Below are positions 1 to 11,900 of a stretch of DNA of 64,000 nucleotides, in pieces (position 1 is the stretch's first letter; every line of letters starts with the position of its first letter). Origin of the DNA: Eledone cirrhosa. Taxonomy: Eukaryota. The stretch is taken from assembly GCA_964016885.1 (NCBI GenBank), contig OZ024757.1, positions 9,920,001-9,984,000 on the forward strand, given 5' to 3'. A program made the translations under genes and the position numbers. The notes below the pieces were generated by a model. The model was given only the letters and a program-made list of their open reading frames with translations, searched no databases and was not told the origin of the DNA.

Positions 1-830
1 TTGGGATTGAGTTAAGTTAGAGTTAAGTTAAGTTGGGGTTAAGTTAAGTTGGAGTTAAGTTAAGTTGGCGTTGAATTAAGTTGGGGTTAAGTTAAGTTGG
101 GGTTACGTTAAGTTGGGGATAAGTTAAGTTGGGGTTAAGTCAAGTTGGGGTTAAATCAAGTTGGGGTTAACTTAAGTTTGGATTAACTTAAGTTGGGTTA
201 ACTTAAGTTGGGATTAAGTTGGGGTTAACTTAAGTTGGGGTTAAGTTAAGTTGGCGTTGAGTTAAGTTGGGGTTGAGTTAAGTTGGGGTTGAGTTAAGTT
301 GGGGTTGAGTTAAGTTGGGGTCGAGTTAAGTTGGGGTTGATTTAAGTTGGGGTTAAGTTAAGTTGGGGTTAAGTTAAGTTGGGATTAGATTAAGTAGGAG
401 TTAAGTTAAGTTGGGGTTAAGTTAAGTTGTGGTTAAGTTAAGTTGGGGTTAAGTTAAGTTGTGGTTAAGTTAAGTTGGGGTTAAGTTAAATTTGGTTTAA
501 GTTAAGTTGGGGTTAAGTTAAGTTGGGATTAGATTAAGTTGGGGTTAAGTTAAGTTGGGGTTGAGTTAAGTTGGGGTTAAGTTAAGTTGGCGTTAAGTTA
601 AGTTGGGGTTAAGTTAAGTTGGGGTTAAGTTAAGTTGGAGTTAAGTTAAATTGGGGTTAAGTCAAGTTGGGGTTGAGTTAATTTTGGGTTAAGTTAAGTT
701 GGGGTTAAGGTAAGTTGGAGTTAAGTTAAGTTGGGGTTAAGTCAAGTTGGGGTTGAGTTAATTTGGGGTTGAATTAAGTTGGGGTTAGGTTAAGTTGGGG
801 TTAAGTTAAGTTGGGGTTAAGTTAAGTTGG
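1..830 (+). repeat. Degenerate zone of the array with many variants rare or absent elsewhere
   Basis: Contains TTGGCGTT (~66, 251, 587), a run of TTGAGTTAAG monomers (~257-330), GGGATTAGATTAAG (~381, 525), TTGTGG (~427, 459) and GGAGTT (~51, 397, 637, 717). These do not recur in this order in the downstream HOR cassettes. Confidence 0.8.
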
Positions 831-914
831 GGGTAAGTTGGGGTTAAGTTAAGTTGGGGTTAAGTTAATTTGGGGTTAAGTTAAGTTGGGGTTAAGTTAA
901 GTTGGGGTTAAGTT

Positions 915-3900
915 AAGTTGGGGGTAAGTTGGGGTTAAGTTAAGTTGGGGTTAAGTTAATTTGGGGTTAAGTTAAGTTGGGGTTAAGTTAAGTTGGGGTT
1001 AAGTTAAGTTGGGGGTAAGTTAAGTTAGGGGTAAGTTAAGTTGGGGTTAAGTTAAGTTGGGGTTAAGTTAAGTTGGGGATAAGTTAAGTTGGGGTTAATT
1101 TAAGTTGGGGTTAAGTTAAGTTGGGGTTAAGGTAAGTTGGGGTTAAGTTAAGTTGGGGTTAAGTTAAGTTGGGGTTACGTTAAGTTGGGGTTAAGTTAAG
1201 TTGGGGTTAAGTTAAGTTGGGATTAAGTCAAGTTGGGGTTAAGTCAAGTTGGGGTTAAGTCAAGTTGGGGTTAAGTCAAGTTTGGGTTAAGTTAAGTTGG
1301 GGTTAAGTTAAGTTGGGGTTAAGTTAAGTTGGAATTAAGTCAAGTTGGGTTTAAATCAAGTTGGGGTTAAGTCAAGTTGGGTTTAAGTTAAGTTGGGGTT
1401 CAGTTAAGTTGGGGCTAAGTTAAGTTGGGGTTAAGTTGGGGTTAAGTTAAGTTGGGGTTAAATCAAGTTGGGGTTAACTCAAGTTGGGGTTAAGTCAAGT
1501 TGGGGTTAAGTCAAATTGGGATTAAGTCAAGTTGGGGTTAAGTCAAGTTGGGGTTAAGTTAAGTTGGGGTTAAGTTAAGTTGGGGTTAAGTTAAGTTGGG
1601 GTTAAATTAAGTTGGGGGTAAGTTAATTAAGTCGGGGGTAATTTAAGTTGGGGGTAAGTTAAGCTGGGGTTAAGTTAAGTTGGGGTTAAGTTAAGTTGGG
1701 GTTAAGTTAAGTAGGGGTTAAGTTAAGTTGGGGTTAAGTTGGGGTTAATTTAAGTTGGGGTTAAGTTAAGTTGGGGTTAAGTTAAGTTGGGGATAAGTTA
1801 AGTTGGGGTTAATTTAAGTTGGGGTTAAGTTATGTTGGGGTTAAGGTAAGTTGGGGTTAAGTTAAGTTGGGGTTAAGTTAAGTTGGGGTTACGTTAAGTT
1901 GGGGATAAGTTAAGTTGGGGTTAAGTTAAGTTGGGATTAAGTCAAGTTGGGGTTAAGTCAAGTTGGGGTTAAGTCAAGTTGGGGTTAAGTCAAGTTTGGG
2001 TTAAGTTAAGTTGGGGTTAAGTTAAGTTAGGGGTAATTTAAGTTGGGGTTAAGTTAAGTTGGGGTTAAGGTAAGTTGGGGTTAAGTTAAGTTGGGGTTAA
2101 GTTAAGTTGGGGGTAAGTTAAGTTAGGGGTAAGTCAAGTTGGGGTTAAATCAAGTTGGGTTTAAGTTAAGTTGGGGTTCAGTTAAGTTGGGGCTAAGTTA
2201 AGTTGGGGTTAAGTTGGGGTTAAGTTAAGTTGGGGTTAAGTTAAGTTGGGGTTAAGGTAAGTTGGGTTTAAGTTAAGTTGGGGTTCAGTTAAGTTGGGGC
2301 TAAGTTAAGTTGGGGTTAAGTTGGGGTTAAGTTAATTTGGGGTTACGTTAAGTTGGGGTTAAGTTAAGTTGGGGGTAAGTTAAGTTAGGGGTAATTTAAG
2401 TTGGGGTTAAGTTAAGTTGGGGTTAAGGTAAGTTGGGGTTAAGTTAAGTTGGGGTTAATTTAAGTTGGGGGTAAGTTAATTAAGTCGGGGGTAATTTAAG
2501 TTGGGGGTAAGTTAAGCTGGGGTTAAGTTAAGTTGGGGTTAAGTTAAGTTGGGGTTAAGTAAAGTAGGGGTTAAGTTAAGTTGGGGTTAAGTTGGGGTTA
2601 AGTTAAGTTGGGGTTAAGTTAATTTGGGGTTAAGTTAAGTTGGGGTTAAGTTAAGTTGGGGTTAAGTTAAGTTGGGGGTAAGTTAAGTTAGGGGTAAGTT
2701 AAGTTGGGGTTAAGTTAAGTTGGGGTTAAGTTAAGTTGGGGATAAGTTAAGTTGGGGTTAATTTAAGTTGGGGTTAAGTTAAGTTGGGGTTAAGGTAAGT
2801 TGGGGTTAAGTTAAGTTGGGATTAAGTCAAGTTGGGGTTAAGTCAAGTTGGGGTTAAGTCAAGTTGGGGTTAAGTCAAGTTTGGGTTAAGTTAAGTTGGG
2901 GTTAAGTTAAGTTGGGGTTAAGTTAAGTTGGGGTTAAATCAAGTTGGGGTTAAGTCAAGTTGGGTTTAAGTTAAGTTGGGGTTCAGTTAAGTTGGGGCTA
3001 AGTTAAGTTGGGGTTAAGTTGGGGTTAAGTTAAGTTGGGGTTAAATCAAGTTGGGGTTAACTCAAGTTGGGGTTAAGTCAAGTTGGGGTTAAATCAAATT
3101 GGGATTAAGTCAAGTTGGGGTTAAGTCAAGTTGGGGTTAAGTTAAGTTGGGGTTAAGTTAAGTTGGGGTTAAGTTAAGTTGGGGTTAAATTAAGTTGGGG
3201 GTAAGTTAATTAAGTCGGGGGTAATTTAAGTTGGGGGTAAGTTAAGCTGGGGTTAAGTTAAGTGGGGTTAAGTTAAGTTGGGGTTAAGTTAAGTAGGGGT
3301 TAAGTTAAGTTGGGGTTAAGTTGGGGTTAATTTAAGTTGGGGTTAAGTTAAGTTGGGGTTAAGTTAAGTTGGGGATAAGTTAAGTTGGGGTTAATTTAAG
3401 TTGGGGTTAAGTTATGTTGGGGTTAAGGTAAGTTGGGGTTAAGTTAAGTTGGGGTTAAGTTAAGTTGGGGTTACGTTAAGTTGGGGATAAGTTAAGTTGG
3501 GGTTAAGTTAAGTTGGGATTAAGTCAAGTTGGGGTTAAGTCAAGTTGGGGTTAAGTCAAGTTGGGGTTAAGTCAAGTTTGGGTTAAGTTAAGTTGGGGTT
3601 AAGTTAAGTTGGGGTTAAGTTAAGTTAGGGGTAATTTAAGTTGGGGTTAAGTTAAGTTGGGGTTAAGGTAAGTTGGGGTTAAGTTAAGTTGGGGTTAAGT
3701 TAAGTTGGGGGTAAGTTAAGTTAGGGGTAAGTCAAGTTGGGGTTAAATCAAGTTGGGTTTAAGTTAAGTTGGGGTTCAGTTAAGTTGGGGCTAAGTTAAG
3801 TTGGGGTTAAGTTGGGGTTAAGTTAAGTTGGGGTTAAGTTAAGTTGGGGTTAAGGTAAGTTGGGGTTAAGTTAAGTTGGGGTTAAGTTAAGTTGGGGGTA

Positions 3901-5680
3901 AGTTAAGTTAGGGGTAAGTCAAGTTGGGGTTAAATCAAGTTGGGTTTAAGTTAAGTTGGGGTTCAGTTAAGTTGGGGCTAAGTTAAGTTGGGGTTAAGTT
4001 GGGGTTAAGTTAATTTGGGGTTACGTTAAGTTGGGGTTAAGTTAAGTTGGGGGTAAGTTAAGTTAGGGGTAATTTAAGTTGGGGTTAAGTTAAGTTGGGG
4101 TGAAGGTAAGTTGGGGTTAAGTTAAGTTGGGGTTAAGTTAAGTTGGGGGTAAGTTGGGGTTAAGTTAAGTTGGGGTTAAGTTAATTTGGGGTTAAGTTAA
4201 GTTGGGGTTAAGTTAAGTTGGGGTTAAGTTAAGTTGGGGGTAAGTTAAGTTAGGGGTAAGTTAAGTTGGGGTTAAGTTAAGTTGGGGTTAAGTTAAGTTG
4301 GGGATAAGTTAAGTTGGGGTTAATTTAAGTTGGGGTTAAGTTAAGTTGGGGTTAAGGTAAGTTGGGGTTAAGTTAAGTTGGGGTTAAGTTAAGTTGGGGT
4401 TACGTTAAGTTGGGGTTAAGTTAAGTTGGGGTTAAGTTAAGTTGGGATTAAGTCAAGTTGGGGTTAAGTCAAGTTGGGGTTAAGTCAAGTTGGGGTTAAG
4501 TCAAGTTTGGGTTAAGTTAAGTTGGGGTTAAGTTAAGTTGGGGTTAAGTTAAGTTGGAATTAAGTCAAGTTGGGGTTAAATCAAGTTGGGGTTAAGTCAA
4601 GTTGGGTTTAAGTTAAGTTGGGGTTCAGTTAAGTTGGGGCTAAGTTAAGTTGGGGTTAAGTTGGGGTTAAGTTAAGTTGGGGTTAAATCAAGTTGGGGTT
4701 AACTCAAGTTGGGGTTAAGTCAAGTTGGGGTTAAGTCAAATTGGGATTAAGTCAAGTTGGGGTTAAGTCAAGTTGGGGTTAAGTTAAGTTGGGGTTAAGT
4801 TAAGTTGGGATTAAGTTAAGTTGGGGTTAAATTAAGTTGGGGGTAAGTTAATTAAGTCGGGGGTAATTTAAGTTGGGGGTAAGTTAAGCTGGGGTTAAGT
4901 TAAGTTGGGGTTAAGTTAAGTTGGGGTTAAGTTAAGTAGGGGTTAAGTTAAGTTGGGGTTAAGTTGGGGTTAATTTAAGTTGGGGTTAAGTAAAGTTGGG
5001 GTTAAGTTAAGTTGGGGATAAGTTAAGTTGGGGTTAATTTAAGTTGGGGTTAAGTTATGTTGGGGATAAGGTAAGTTGGGGTTAAGTTAAGTTGGGGTTA
5101 AGTTAAGTTGGGGTTACGTTAAGTTGGGGATAAGTTAAGTTGGGGTTAAGTTAAGTTGGGATTAAGTCAAGTTGGGGTTAAGTCAAGTTGGGATTAAGTC
5201 AAGTTGGGGTTAAGTCAAGTTTTGGTTAAGTTAAGTTGGGGTTAAGTTAAGTTAGGGGTAATTTAAGTTGGGGTTAAGTTAAGTTGGGGTTAAGGTAAGT
5301 TGGGGTTAAGTTAAGTTGGGGTTAAGTTAAGTTGGGGGTAAGTTAAGTTAGGGGTAAGTCAAGTTGGGGTTAAATCAAGTTGGGTTTAAGTTAAGTTGGG
5401 GTTCAGTTAAGTTGGGGCTAAGTTAAGTTGGGGTTAAGTTGGGGTTAAGTTAAGTTGGGGTTAAGTTAAGTTGGGGTTAAGGTAAGTTGGGTTTAAGTTA
5501 AGTTGGGGTTCAGTTAAGTTGGGGCTAAGTTAAGTTGGGGTTAAGTTGGGGTTAAGTTAATTTGGGGTTACGTTAAGTTGGGGTTAAGTTAAGTTGGGGG
5601 TAAGTTAAGTTAGGGGTAATTTAAGTTGGGGTTAAGTTAAGTTGGGGTTAAGGTAAGTTGGGGTTAAGTTAAGTTGGTGT
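915..5680 (+). repeat. Left HOR domain lacking the CGGATTGAG marker; blocks ~915-2450 and ~4140-5680 are duplicates offset by 3225 bp, with a partial third copy at ~2590-4140
   Basis: The rare variant GGAATT is at 1331 and 4556 (offset 3225). The same ordered variants follow each copy (TTAACTCAAG, GTCAAATTGGG, TTAATTAAGTCGGGGG, GTTATGTTGGGG), and most of them also occur at 3050-3420. Confidence 0.75.
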
Positions 5681-5909
5681 TAAGTTAAGTTGGGGGTAAG
5701 TTAAGTTAGGGGTAAGTTAAGTTGGGGTTAAGTTAAGTCGGGGTTAAGTTAAGTTGGGGATAAGTTAAGTTGGGGTTAATTTAAGTTGGGGTTAAGTTAT
5801 GTTGGGGTTAAGGTAAGTTGGGGTTAAGTTAAGTTGGGGTTAAGTTAAGTTGGGGTTACCTTAAGTTGGGGTTAAGTTAAGTTGGGGTTAAGTTAAGTTG
5901 GGGTTAAGT

Positions 5910-8900
5910 TAAGTTAGGGGTAAGTCAAGTTGGGGTTAAATCAAGTTGGGTTTAAGTTAAGTTGGGGTTCAGTTAAGTTGGGGCTAAGTTAAGTTGGGGT
6001 TAAGTTGGGGTTAAGTTAATTTGGGGTTTAGTTAAGTTGGGGTTAAGTTAAGTTGGGGGTAAGTTAAGTTAGGGGTAATTTAAGTTGGGGTTAAGTTAAG
6101 TTGGGGTTAAGGTAAGTTGGGGTTAAGTTAAGTTGGGGTTAAGTTAAGTTGGGGGTAAGTTAAGTTAGGGGTAAGTTAAGTTGGGGTTAAGTTAAGTCGG
6201 GGTTAAGTTAAGTTGGGGATAAGTTAAGTTGGGGTTAATTTAAGTTGGGGTTAAGTTATGTTGGGGTTAAGGTAAGTTGGGGTTAAGTTAAGTTGGGGTT
6301 AAGTTAAGTTGGGGTTACCTTAAGTTGGGGTTAAGTTAAGTTGGGGTTAAGTTAAGTTGGGATTAAGTCAAGTTGGGGTTAAGTCAAGTTGGGGTTAAGT
6401 CAAGTTGGGGTTAAGTCAAGTTTGGGTTAAGTTAAGTTGGGGTTAAGTTAAGTTGGGGTTAAGTTAAGTTGGGATTGAGTCAAGTTGGGGTTAAGTTAAG
6501 TTGGGGTTAAGTCAAGTTGGGGTTAAATCAAGTTGGGTTTAAGTTAAGTTGGGGTTCAGTTAAGTTGGGGCTAAGTTAAGTTGGGGTTAAGTTGGGGTTA
6601 AGTTAAGTTGGGGTTAAGTTAAGTTGGGGTTAAGTTAAGTTGGGGGTAAGTTAAGTTAGGGGTAATTTAAGTTGGGGTTAAGTTAAGTTGGGGTTAAGGT
6701 AAGTTGGGGTTAAATTAAGTTGGGGTTAAGTTAAGTTGGGGTTAAGTTAAGTTGGGTTTAAGTTAAGTTGGGATTAAGTCAAGTTGGGGTTAAGTCAAGT
6801 TGGGGTTAAGTCAAGTTGGGGTTAATTCAAGTTGGGGTTAAGTCAAGTTGGGATTAAGTCAAGTTGGGGTTAAGTCAAGTTGGGGTTAAGTTAAGTTGGG
6901 GTTAAGTTAAGTTGGGGTTAAGTTAAGTTGGGTTTAAGTTAAGTTGGGGTTAAGTTAAGTAGGGGTTAAGTTAAGTTGGGGTTAAGTTGGGGTTAAGTTA
7001 AGTTGGGGTTAAGTTAAGTTGGGTTAAGTTAAGTTGGGGTTAATTAAGTTGGGGGTAAGTTAAGTTAGGGGTAAGTTAAGTTGGGGTTAATTTAAGTTGG
7101 GGTTAAGTTAAGTTGGGGTTAAGTTAAGTTGGGGTTAAGTTAAGTTGGGGTTAATTTAAGTTGGGGTTAAGTTAAGTTGGGGTTAAGGTAAGTTGGGGTT
7201 AAGTTAAGTTGGGGTTAAGTTAAGTTGGGGTTACGTTAAGTTGGGGTTAAGTTAAGTTGGGGTTAAGTTAAGTTGGGATTAAGTCAAGTTGGTGTTAAGT
7301 CAAGTTGGGGTTAAGTCAAGTTGGGGTTAAGTCAAGTTGGGGTTAAGTCAAGTTTGGGTTAAGTTAAGTTGGGGTTAAGTTAAGTTGGGGTTAAGTTAAG
7401 TGGGGGTTAAGTTAACTTGGGGTTAAGTTAAGTTGGGGCTAATTTAAGTTGGTGTTAATTTAAGTTGGGGTTAAGTTAAGTTGGGGTTAAGTTAAGTTGG
7501 GGTTAAATTAAGCTGGGTTTAACTTAAGTAGGGGTTAAGTTAAGTTGGGTTAAGTTGGGATTAACTTAAGTTTGGGTTAAGTTAAGTTGGGGTTAAGTTA
7601 AGTTCGGATTGAGTCAAGTGTGGGGTTAAGTCAAGTTGGGGTTAAGTCAAGTTGGGTTTAAGTTAAGTTGGGGTTAAGTTAAGTTGGGGTTAAGTTAAGT
7701 TGGTGTTAAGTTAAGTTGGGGTTAAGTTAAGTTGGGGTTAAGTTAATATGGGGTTAAGTTAAGTTGGGGTTAAGTTAAGTTGGGGTTAAGTCAAGTTGGG
7801 GTTAAGTCAAGTTGGGGTTAAGTTAAGTTGGGGTTAAGTTAAGTTGGGGTTAAGTTAAGTTGGGGGTAAGTTAATTAAATCGGGGGTAATTTAAGTTGGG
7901 GGTAAGTTAAGCTGGGGTTAAGTTAAGTTGGGGTTAAGTTAAGTTGGGGTTAAGTTAAGTAGGGGTTAAGTTAAGTTGGGGTTAAGTTGGGGTTAAGTTA
8001 AGTTGGGGTTAAGTTAATTTGGGGTTAAGTTAAGTTGGGGTTAAGTTAAGTTGGGGTTAAGTTAAGTTGGGGGTAAGTTAAGTTAGGGGTAAGTTAAGTT
8101 GGGGTTAAGTTAAGTTGGGGTTAAGTTAAGTTGGGGATAAGTTAAGTTGGGGTTAATTTAAGTTGGGGTTAAGTTAAGTTGGGGTTAAGGTAAGTTGGGG
8201 CTAAGTTAAGTTGGGGTTAAATTAAGTTGGGGTTAAGTTAAGTTGGGGTTAAGTTAAGTTGGGGTTAAGTTAAGTTGGGATTAAGTCAAGTTGGGGTTAA
8301 TTCAAGTTGGGGTTAAGTCAAGTTGGGGTTAAGTCAAGTTTGGGTTAAGTTAAGTTGGGGTTAAGTTAAGTTGGGGTTAAGTTAAGTTGGGGTAAGTTAA
8401 GTTGGAATTAAGTCAAGTTGGGGTTAAATCAAGTTGGGGTTAAGTCAAGTTGGGTTTAAGTTAAGTTGGGGTTCAGTTAAGTTGGGGCTAAGTTAAGTTG
8501 GGGTTAAGTTGGGGTTAAGTTAAGTTGGGGTTAAATCAAGTTGGGGTTAACTCAAGTTGGAGTTAAGTCAAGTTGGGGTTAAGTCAAGTTGGGATTAAGT
8601 CAAGTTGGGGTTAAGTCAAGTTGGGGTTAAGTTAAGTTGGGGTTAAGTTAAGTTGGGGTTAAGTTAAGTTGGGGTTAAATTAAGTTGGGGGTAAGTTAAT
8701 TAAGTCGGGGGTAATTTAAGTTGGGGGTAAGTTAAGCTGGGGTTAAGTTAAGTTGGGGTTAAGTTAAGTTGGGGTTAAGTTAAGTAGAGGTTAAGTTAAG
8801 TTGGGGTTAAGTTGGGGTTAAGTTAAGTTGGGGTTAAGTTAATTTGGGGTTAAGTTAAGTTGGGGTTAAGTTAAGTTGGGGTTAAGTTAAGTTGGGGATA

Positions 8901-11900
8901 AGTTAAGTTGGGGTTAATTTAAGTTGGGGTTAAGTTATGTTGGGGTTAAGGTAAGTTGGGGTTAAGTTAAGTTGGGGTTAAGTTAAGTTGGGGTTACGTT
9001 AAGTTGGGGTTAAGTTAAGTTGGGGTTAAGTTAAGTTGGGATTAAGTCAAGTTGGGGGTTAAGTCAAGTTGGGGTTAAGTCAAGTTGGGGTTAAATCAAG
9101 TTTGGGTTAAGTTAAGTTGGGGTTAAGTTAAGTTGGGGTTAAGTTAATTTAGGGGTAATTTAAGTTGGGGTTAGGTTAAGTTGGGGTTAAGGTAAGTTGG
9201 GGTTAAGTTAAGTTGGGGTTAAGTTAAGTTGGGGGTAAGTTAAGTTAGGGGTAAGTCAAGTTGGGGTTAAATCAAGTTGGGTTTAAGTTAAGTTGGGGTT
9301 CAGTTAAGTTGGGGCTAAGTTAAGTTGGGGTTAAGTTGGGGTTAAGTTAAGTTGGGGTTAAGTTAAGTTGGGGTTAAGGTAAGTTGGGGTTAAGTTAAGT
9401 TGGGGTTAAGTTAAGTTGGGGGTAAGTTAAGTTAGGGGTAAGTCAAGTTGGGGTTAAATCAAGTTGGGTTTAAGTTAAGTTGGGGTTCAGTTAAGTTGGG
9501 GCTAAGTTAAGTTGGGGTTAAGTTGGGGTTAAGTAAAGTTGGGGTTAAGTTAAGTTGGGGTTAAGTTAAGTTGGGGGTAAGTTAAGTTAGGGGTAATTTA
9601 AGTTGGGGTTAAGTTAAGTTGGGGTTAAGTTAAGTTGGGGTTAAGGTAAGTTGGGGTTAAGTTAAGTTGGGGTTAAGTTAAGTTGGGGTTAAGTTAAGTT
9701 GGGTTTAAGTTAAGTTGGGATTAAATCAAGTTGGGGTTAAGTCAAGTTGGGGTTAAGTCAAGTTGGGGTTAATTCAAGTTGGGGTTAAGTCAAGTTGGGA
9801 TTAAGTCAAGTTGGGGTTAAGTCAAGTTGGGGTTAAGTTAAGTTGGGGTTAAGTTAAGTTGGGGTTAAGTTAAGTTGGGTTTAAGTTAAGTTGGGGTTAA
9901 GTTAAGTAGGGGTTAAGTTAAGTTGGGGTTAAGTTGGGGTTAAGTTAAGTTGGGGTTAAGTTAAGTTGGGTTAAGTTAAGTTGGGGTTAATTAAGTTGGG
10001 GGTAAGTTAAGTTAGGGGTAAGTTAAGTTGGGGTTAATTTAAGTTGGGGTTAAGTTAAGTTGGGGTTAAGTTAAGTTGGGGTTAAGTTAAGTTGGGGTTA
10101 ATTTAAGTTGGGGTTAAGTTAAGTTGGGGTTAAGGTAAGTTGGGGTTAAGTTAAGTTGGGGTTAAGTTAAGTTGGGGTTACGTTAAGTTGGGGTTAAGTT
10201 AAGTTGGGGTTAAGTTAAGTTGGGATTAAGTCAAGTTGGTGTTAAGTCAAGTTGGGGTTAAGTCAAGTTGGGGTTAAGTCAAGTTGGGGTTAAGTCAAGT
10301 TTGGGTTAAGTTAAGTTGGGGTTAAGTTAAGTGGGGGTTAAGTTAACTTGGGGTTAAGTTAAGTTGGGGCTAATTTAAGTTGGTGTTAATTTAAGTTGGG
10401 GTTAAGTTAAGTTGGGGTTAAGTTAAGTTGGGGTTAAATTAAGCTGGGGTTAACTTAAGTAGGGGTTAAGTTAAGTTGGGTTAAGTTGGGATTAACTTAA
10501 ATTTGGGTTAAGTTAAGTTGGGGTTAAGTTAAGTTCGGATTGAGTCAAGTGTGGGGTCAAGTCAAGTTGGGGTTAAGTCAAGTTGGGTTTAAGTTAAGTT
10601 GGGGTTAAGTTAAGTTGGGGTTAAGTTAAGTTGGTGTTAAGTTAAGTTGGGGTTAAGTTAAGTTGGGGTTAAGTTAATATGGGGTTAAGTTAAGTTGGGG
10701 TTAAGTTAAGTTGGGGTTAATTTAAGTTGGGGTTAAGTTAAGTTAGAGGTAAGTCAAGTTGGGGTTAAATCAAGTTGGGTTTAAGTTAAGTTGGGGTTCA
10801 GTTAAGTTGGGGCTAAGTTAAGTTGGGGTTAAGTTGGGGTTAAGTTAATTTGGGGTTTAGTTAAGTTGGGGTTAAGTTAAGTTGGGGGTAAGTTAAGTTA
10901 GGGGTAATTTAAGTTGGGGTTAAGTTAAGTTGGGGTTAAGGTAAGTTGGGGTTAAGTTAAGTTGGGGTTAAGTTAAGTTGGGGGTAAGTTAAGTTAGGGG
11001 TAAGTTAAGTTGGGGTTAAGTTAAGTCGGGGTTAAGTTAAGTTGGGGATAAGTTAAGTTGGGGTTAATTTAAGTTGGGGTTAAGTTATGTTGGGGTTAAG
11101 GTAAGTTGGGGTTAAGTTAAGTTGGGGTTAAGTTAAGTTGGGGTTACCTTAAGTTGGGGTTAAGTTAAGTTGGGGTTAAGTTAAGTTGGGATTAAGTCAA
11201 GTTGGGGTTAAGTCAAGTTGGGGTTAAGTCAAGTTGGGGTTAAGTCAAGTTTGGGTTAAGTTAAGTTGGGGTTAAGTTAAGTTGGGGTTAAGTTAAGTTG
11301 GGATTGAGTCAAGTTGGGGTTAAGTTAAGTTGGGGTTAAGTCAAGTTGGGGTTAAATCAAGTTGGGTTTAAGTTAAGTTGGGGTTCAGTTAAGTTGGGGC
11401 TAAGTTAAGTTGGGGTTAAGTTGGGGTTAAGTTAAGTTGGGGTTAAGTTAAGTTGGGGTTAAGTTAAGTTGGGGGTAAGTTAAGTTAGGGGTAATTTAAG
11501 TTGGGGTTAAGTTAAGTTGGGGTTAAGGTAAGTTGGGGTTAAATTAAGTTGGGGTTAAGTTAAGTTGGGGTTAAGTTAAGTTGGGTTTAAGTTAAGTTGG
11601 GATTAAGTCAAGTTGGGGTTAAGTCAAGTTGGGGTTAAGTCAAGTTGGGGTTAATTCAAGTTGGGGTTAAGTCAAGTTGGGATTAAGTCAAGTTGGGGTT
11701 AAGTCAAGTTGGGGTTAAGTTAAGTTGGGGTTAAGTTAAGTTGGGGTTAAGTTAAGTTGGGTTTAAGTTAAGTTGGGGTTAAGTTAAGTAGGGGTTAAGT
11801 TAAGTTGGGGTTAAGTTGGGGTTAAGTTAAGTTGGGGTTAAGTTAAGTTGGGTTAAGTTAAGTTGGGGTTAATTAAGTTGGGGGTAAGTTAAGTTAGGGG

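Noticed and set aside
7015-7060. GGG/GGGGG and 1-bp indel variants as homopolymer sequencing errors
   Set aside because: The same 1-bp deletions (GTTGGGTTAAG...GGGGTTAATTAAG) and the GTGTGGGG insertion recur at equivalent positions in the cassette copies, so they are inherited variants. Only singletons such as AGTGGGG at ~3261 could be errors.
7515-7575. Short palindromes (TTAACTTAAG, GTTAAC, TTAATTAA) as terminators, operators or inverted-repeat ends
   Set aside because: They arise from single substitutions in the TTAA-rich monomer. There is no extended stem, strand switch or associated gene.
7600-7625. TTCGGATTGAGTCAAG marker as a CENP-B box or transcription-factor site (contains TGAGTCA, AP-1-like)
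   Set aside because: It begins with TTCG but lacks the CGGG of the CENP-B box core. It is explained as a monomer with four substitutions, and nothing in the window supports function.
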